From Eukaryota sp. TZLM1-RC (taxonomy: Eukaryota; Protista; Metamonada: BaSk clade): DNA of 64,000 nucleotides. The stretch covers positions 3,452,550 to 3,516,549 of the forward strand of contig JAUPSS010000004.1 in the NCBI GenBank assembly GCA_040285825.1, read 5' to 3'. Under the pieces are notes generated by a model, which was not told the origin of the DNA, did not search any database, and worked only from the letters and a program-made list of their open reading frames with translations. The position numbers and the translations under genes are program-made. Positions 59,816 through 64,000 of this stretch are shown piece by piece (the first letter of the stretch is position 1; each line of letters starts with the position of its first letter).

Positions 59816-61987
59816 ATGGACGTCTTCTCCGATGAAGAAGGTTCTTCACAATATCCCTTCCACTCTTTTCCTGAGTCTCAATGTTCATCACATTTATCCT
59901 CTACTACTTCTTCACCAATGAATGTGACCACCAACGAGTTTACTCACGGACAATCTCTGTCTGCTCAATATTCACAAAATACTGAATTGTCCGATCGATC
60001 GGAAAGAAAGGTTGGTGTCCAGTGTGTTTTATAGTGATCATTATCATACCCTCCTCCTCACCTATTCTGGTGAGGTTTATGGATGGGGTTATAATTATAA
60101 AGGACAAGTTCTTTTTAAAGGACCTGAACTAGTCAAAACAAAAATCAAATTGCTAAATGATTTTGTTTCCGTTTCTGCTGGTCATGATCATTCCCTTGCC
60201 ATCTCTTCTGAAGGCAAGTTATATAGTTAGGGGCTCTAATTCCAGTTGCCAGATTAATAAGTCCAGTAGAGAATCATTACCAACCACTTTAATAAGTATT
60301 CCTTGTGAAATTAAGGAAATTCATGGTGGTCGTAATTGCTCGTTTGCTTTGACTCCAGGAAGGTCAAGTTGTCAAATGGGAGGCTTTGTGTCACCTTACT
60401 TTATTACAGATTTGCAAAATATTGTTTTCATCTCTGTTCATTATGATTCTTTGTAGCAATTGATGACACTTGCGAGCTTTTCTTCTTTAATAGGTATTTT
60501 TATGATGTTGACAAGTCCAAATACATCACCAAAATCCCAGTCTCCAAGTATTTTTCTTTAAAAGCACCATTTGAGGGATGTTTTTTTCTTTAGTGGGGAT
60601 TTCCTTTTTGTTATTAATACTAATGGTGAAGTTTGGAAGTTTGCCAAGCAGGGTGATGTTCCCTTCAATAACAAACCCACCAAAGTTCCAGGGTTGAGTA
60701 ACATTGTTTCTATTAGTGGTTATACTGGTGTGTGTGCTGCCCGTGATAGTAGTGGTAAAAGTTTTTGTTTTGGGGTAAGTTGAGCAGAATTAGCGTTGTT
60801 TATAAAGATAGTGATGAACCAAGATGTATTGAAGCTTTCACTAATATAGAAGGTATTTCAGTAGGTTACGACTTCCTTTTTGCATACAACAAAAACACTG
60901 TTTGGGCTTGGGAAGTAATGATCAAGGTCAATTAGGGTACAGGTGATTTGATTGATCGACCACAACCTGTCAAAGTATTTGGTTCCGAAATACTTGGCAG
61001 TTTCCATTATCCAAGACAACCTTTGGATAGAATGTTTAGTGGTCTGATTAAGCTTGTTTATTGGGAATATTTAAATTATTTGCAAAAATCTCTTTGGTAA
61101 TCATCCATATGTTAAAAGCAAGATTTTTACACCAAATGTGGTATTAGTAAAAGGGTAGCTCAATTTGCTAAAGAAGTGTTTAATGTTCATCCAGTTCACA
61201 ACAAAGTTGTCTTTAAAAAAATCCTCGAAAATTCAATTTAAATGATAATATTTGTGATTTACAATTGCGATTATCTACTGTTTTTAAAGCTCCCAAAGTA
61301 ATTAATACTAGAATTAAAAACTTGATGTTTACTATGATGAAGTTGATTATGATCCTACAATTATTGTTATTTTTCCCAAATGTTGAGGTTCTTAAGCTTA
61401 GTGGAAGGTCAAGATTTGGTTTTTCTCTTAAACTTGCACATTTATCAAGTCTTAAATGTCTAGAGCTTGATTATGGTTGTTATATAGAACAATTACCTAC
61501 TTCACTAGTGAGTTAGTGCTTCATAGTGATGACACTGAGGTCTATAATTTAAGCTATCTTTTTACATTTAAGAGAATTGGTTTGTATTATCTCTTTTTTT
61601 ATTTCATCAGATATTTTAGGTGGAGAATTACCATTACCTCAATCCATTGTTAGATTGGAATTATTTGTAGATTCCTGGCGAGGGTTTGAAGTCGAAAACT
61701 TTTATAATTCCTTTTTCAATTACTAAACCTGAGGGAATTGATAATTCATCACTAATGTTCCTACCAATATCACTGAACAAAACTTTGTTAAGAGTAGTGG
61801 AAATAATTGGACTTGAAGAAAAATCTTTATTAAAATTCTTCCCTATCTCCATTAAAATTTATTGATCAAGCTTTAATTAAATCTGTAAAACTAATCAAAC
61901 AACAATGTTTAGTTGAATTATCATGTTTTTCCATGGTGGATTCACTATCCATCTGACAGGCATTTGATTGATATTTTTGATATTTGA
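59816..61987 (+). pseudogene. Frameshifted mirror copy of the RCC1/LRR gene (frameshifts probably consensus errors)
   Basis: Near-identical to 36588-38753 apart from short indels, mostly in homopolymers. Confidence 0.7.
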
Positions 61988-63140
61988 TTGATATTTTCCG
62001 TGATCATGTTGGAATTTAATAAAATCAATAAACCCTTTTAAATGAAATACCACATGCTGTAGATAGTGTTTTCGGATCTTTGACAAAAGACTATTTTTGT
62101 AGACATTATGATCAAAAATACTGTGTCACATTGTCAAATAAAAACAATTTTAAACAGAAATTATTTGCATGTTTTAACATCATTTGTCCCATGTAAAGTG
62201 GGCAATATTGGAATTCAGTGGTTGGTATTGATGTAATATTAACTAGATTTCAGTAGAAAATCTCTATTAGCTAATTTTTCTGAATCATTTTCATCGAATT
62301 ACAACAGGAGGAAATTCCCCATCGATTATTAGTCACGTGTTCTGCCCTTTTTAAGACCTTGTGAAAAATTCAATTGTAATTTTGTTTTGTATTCTGGTGA
62401 TAATGATATTTATGAAGATGCAAAATAAAATAAATACACTTTTTTGTGTGGAAAAATTTCATATATTATGTTATTAATTGCAATTTTTCCTGTTTTGTGT
62501 TTTTCAATAAAAATGAAACAAACTATAGAATAGAGCCTCATTTTATTTTTAGCATATATTAGTATTTTATAAAAATCAGTTGTTTAAAATACACGAGTGA
62601 CAAAAACTCAAACTTTACAATTCTAGAAGCTTTAGCTGCCAAGTGAGTCCACATTCTGCTTCACGTTCTCTCTCTCCTCAATTTCTTTTGAAATTACTGG
62701 CCAAAGCCAGACAACAGATTTCCATTGCTTTCAAACCCAAGGTATTGAAGAACAAGTAGTTGCATAGTGTTATTGCTTTTAAGTAATTTGCCCTTTTAGA
62801 TAAAACAGTGTAATGAAATCTCTATTATGGGGTTCTATTCGGTGGTTTGGAGCATTATTCGACAAATTTCTCAAAATAGATTAAGCAGCATTAATGAATA
62901 ACTAAGATTGATGTCTTTCCTATGTCCTCTCGAGATCCAACTCGCCATGATCAATAGTTTTCATCCAAAGGGGAGAAGCAATGTCAGAATTCAAGCAGAT
63001 GACGATTTTGTAGAGTGCATTAATGTTGTATATCAATAACAATATATCTTTAAATACACTGATGATTAAAATTGCCTATATAGTATGCAAAATAAAAATA
63101 CAGCTCAACGTGAATTATAAACTTTTATCACAGAAATATG

Positions 63141-64000
63141 TTACACAATTTCAGCTTCGAGGAATTCTGCTGTCTGTCCCAGTTTTTGATAAAACTTCCG
63201 TTCCTCACAACTTCCCCAAAAGACTGAAAATGTGTACACCATTCAGATGGACAGCAGGAGACAAGAGTTAGAAACCACTCCTCCACAACACCATCCTATC
63301 AGAATTAGCTAAAGAGTCTAGGCTTGAAGGAGTCCTTGAAATCCAACCCCCAGCGTTCGAGATATATGTCTACATCAAGGTTTACCTCTACTCCTCACTG
63401 ATGCCAAAACTCCATCTGTCGTTTGGCAAGGGAGCTTCGAAGAATAAAAGTTATCTAAAAACCTATTAAAACCACACCGTCTAGGTAATTTCTTGGAAAC
63501 AGAGATGCCAAAATGATTACTGGCCATGGACGGAAACAGGGAAAAGAACAACGTCGCCCTCAGCTGTCTTTAACACCCACTTTAAAGAAACCAGATTCAA
63601 TCTCAGATGTAGATCCCTCTCTATCGTCTGCACTGAGACTGACATCGCCAGCTTTCCTCAACCTCATGAGGGAATTTCTCCCTTGCTTCAATCTCAAACT
63701 GTTTATCTCTAATGGTATTTGGATCTCGAGGGGTTTGGCTCTGCTGGCTCCTATTCGTAAATAAGAACAATCGTGACTCATTTGTACCAATGACTTAATA
63801 ATGACTTAGGATCATTTTGCTGATAAATCGTAAACGTAGAACCTGTGCTTGCTCTCCTTCCCAACACCGCCACCAAACGAAGCTGGAGTCTAGCTGACAA
63901 ATGTGGATGCCGACACTGGAAGTGGTAAAGACCACCAATTCTGAATGAATTAAATGACAATACCCTGAAACTAGGTCTAGGACAGTGCTCCACCAGCTTA
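63141..64000 (-). pseudogene. PPWD1: Frameshifted mirror copy of the 3' half of PPWD1 (probably low-quality consensus)
   Basis: Reverse complement of 34,590-35,427 with dense indels. Confidence 0.7.

Larger units (their letters stand above)
49766..64000 (-). repeat. Right arm of giant inverted repeat (continues past window end)
   Basis: Reverse complement of 34,590-48,905; indel load rises toward 64,000. Confidence 0.97.

Noticed and set aside
59816-64000. Genuine pseudogenisation of the right-arm RCC1 and PPWD1 copies
   Set aside because: Lesions are mostly short, homopolymer-associated indels that increase toward the end, typical of low-coverage long-read consensus; not accepted as biology without reads.
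1-64000. CRISPR arrays, rRNA, prokaryotic operons or retron/DGR-type RT systems
   Set aside because: None seen; the RTs carry non-LTR RLE architecture, tails and TSDs in a eukaryotic gene context.

Overview
AT-rich, gene-dense, intron-poor eukaryotic (protist) DNA in the standard genetic code. The intron signature (GTATG 5' site, branch point fused to the 3' site) suggests a metamonad; this is inference and not verified. The left ~30 kb alternates housekeeping genes (AEC/PIN-like transporter, RPS8, EIF1AD, a probable TSET TWD40-1/TTRAY1 subunit, MetAP2, a divergent ARF-like GTPase) with roughly 14 kb of CRE-like RLE non-LTR retrotransposons from at least three families. Six copies have readable 10-15 bp target-site duplications and two are nested in older elements. 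Next come an F-box protein, UBXN11, PPWD1 and an RCC1/LRR gene. From about 34,590 to the end of the window the sequence is one giant inverted repeat (arms ~34,590-48,905 and ~49,766-64,000; unique spacer ~860 bp). Each arm carries a core-histone quartet (H4, H2A, H2B, H3), a PHO80-like cyclin and two Gln-rich micro-genes with 28-29 nt introns that the ORF track misses or mis-starts. Best leads: (1) a non-canonical 16-nt histone 3' stem-loop (RGTGTT-TWTC-AACACT) on all eight histone genes, directly followed by poly(A) signals, plus a shared upstream motif; (2) the palindromic histone locus with patchwork divergence, whose outer right arm looks like low-quality consensus; (3) the micro-intron Gln-rich gene family; (4) apparently target-nonspecific, recently active RLE retrotransposons.
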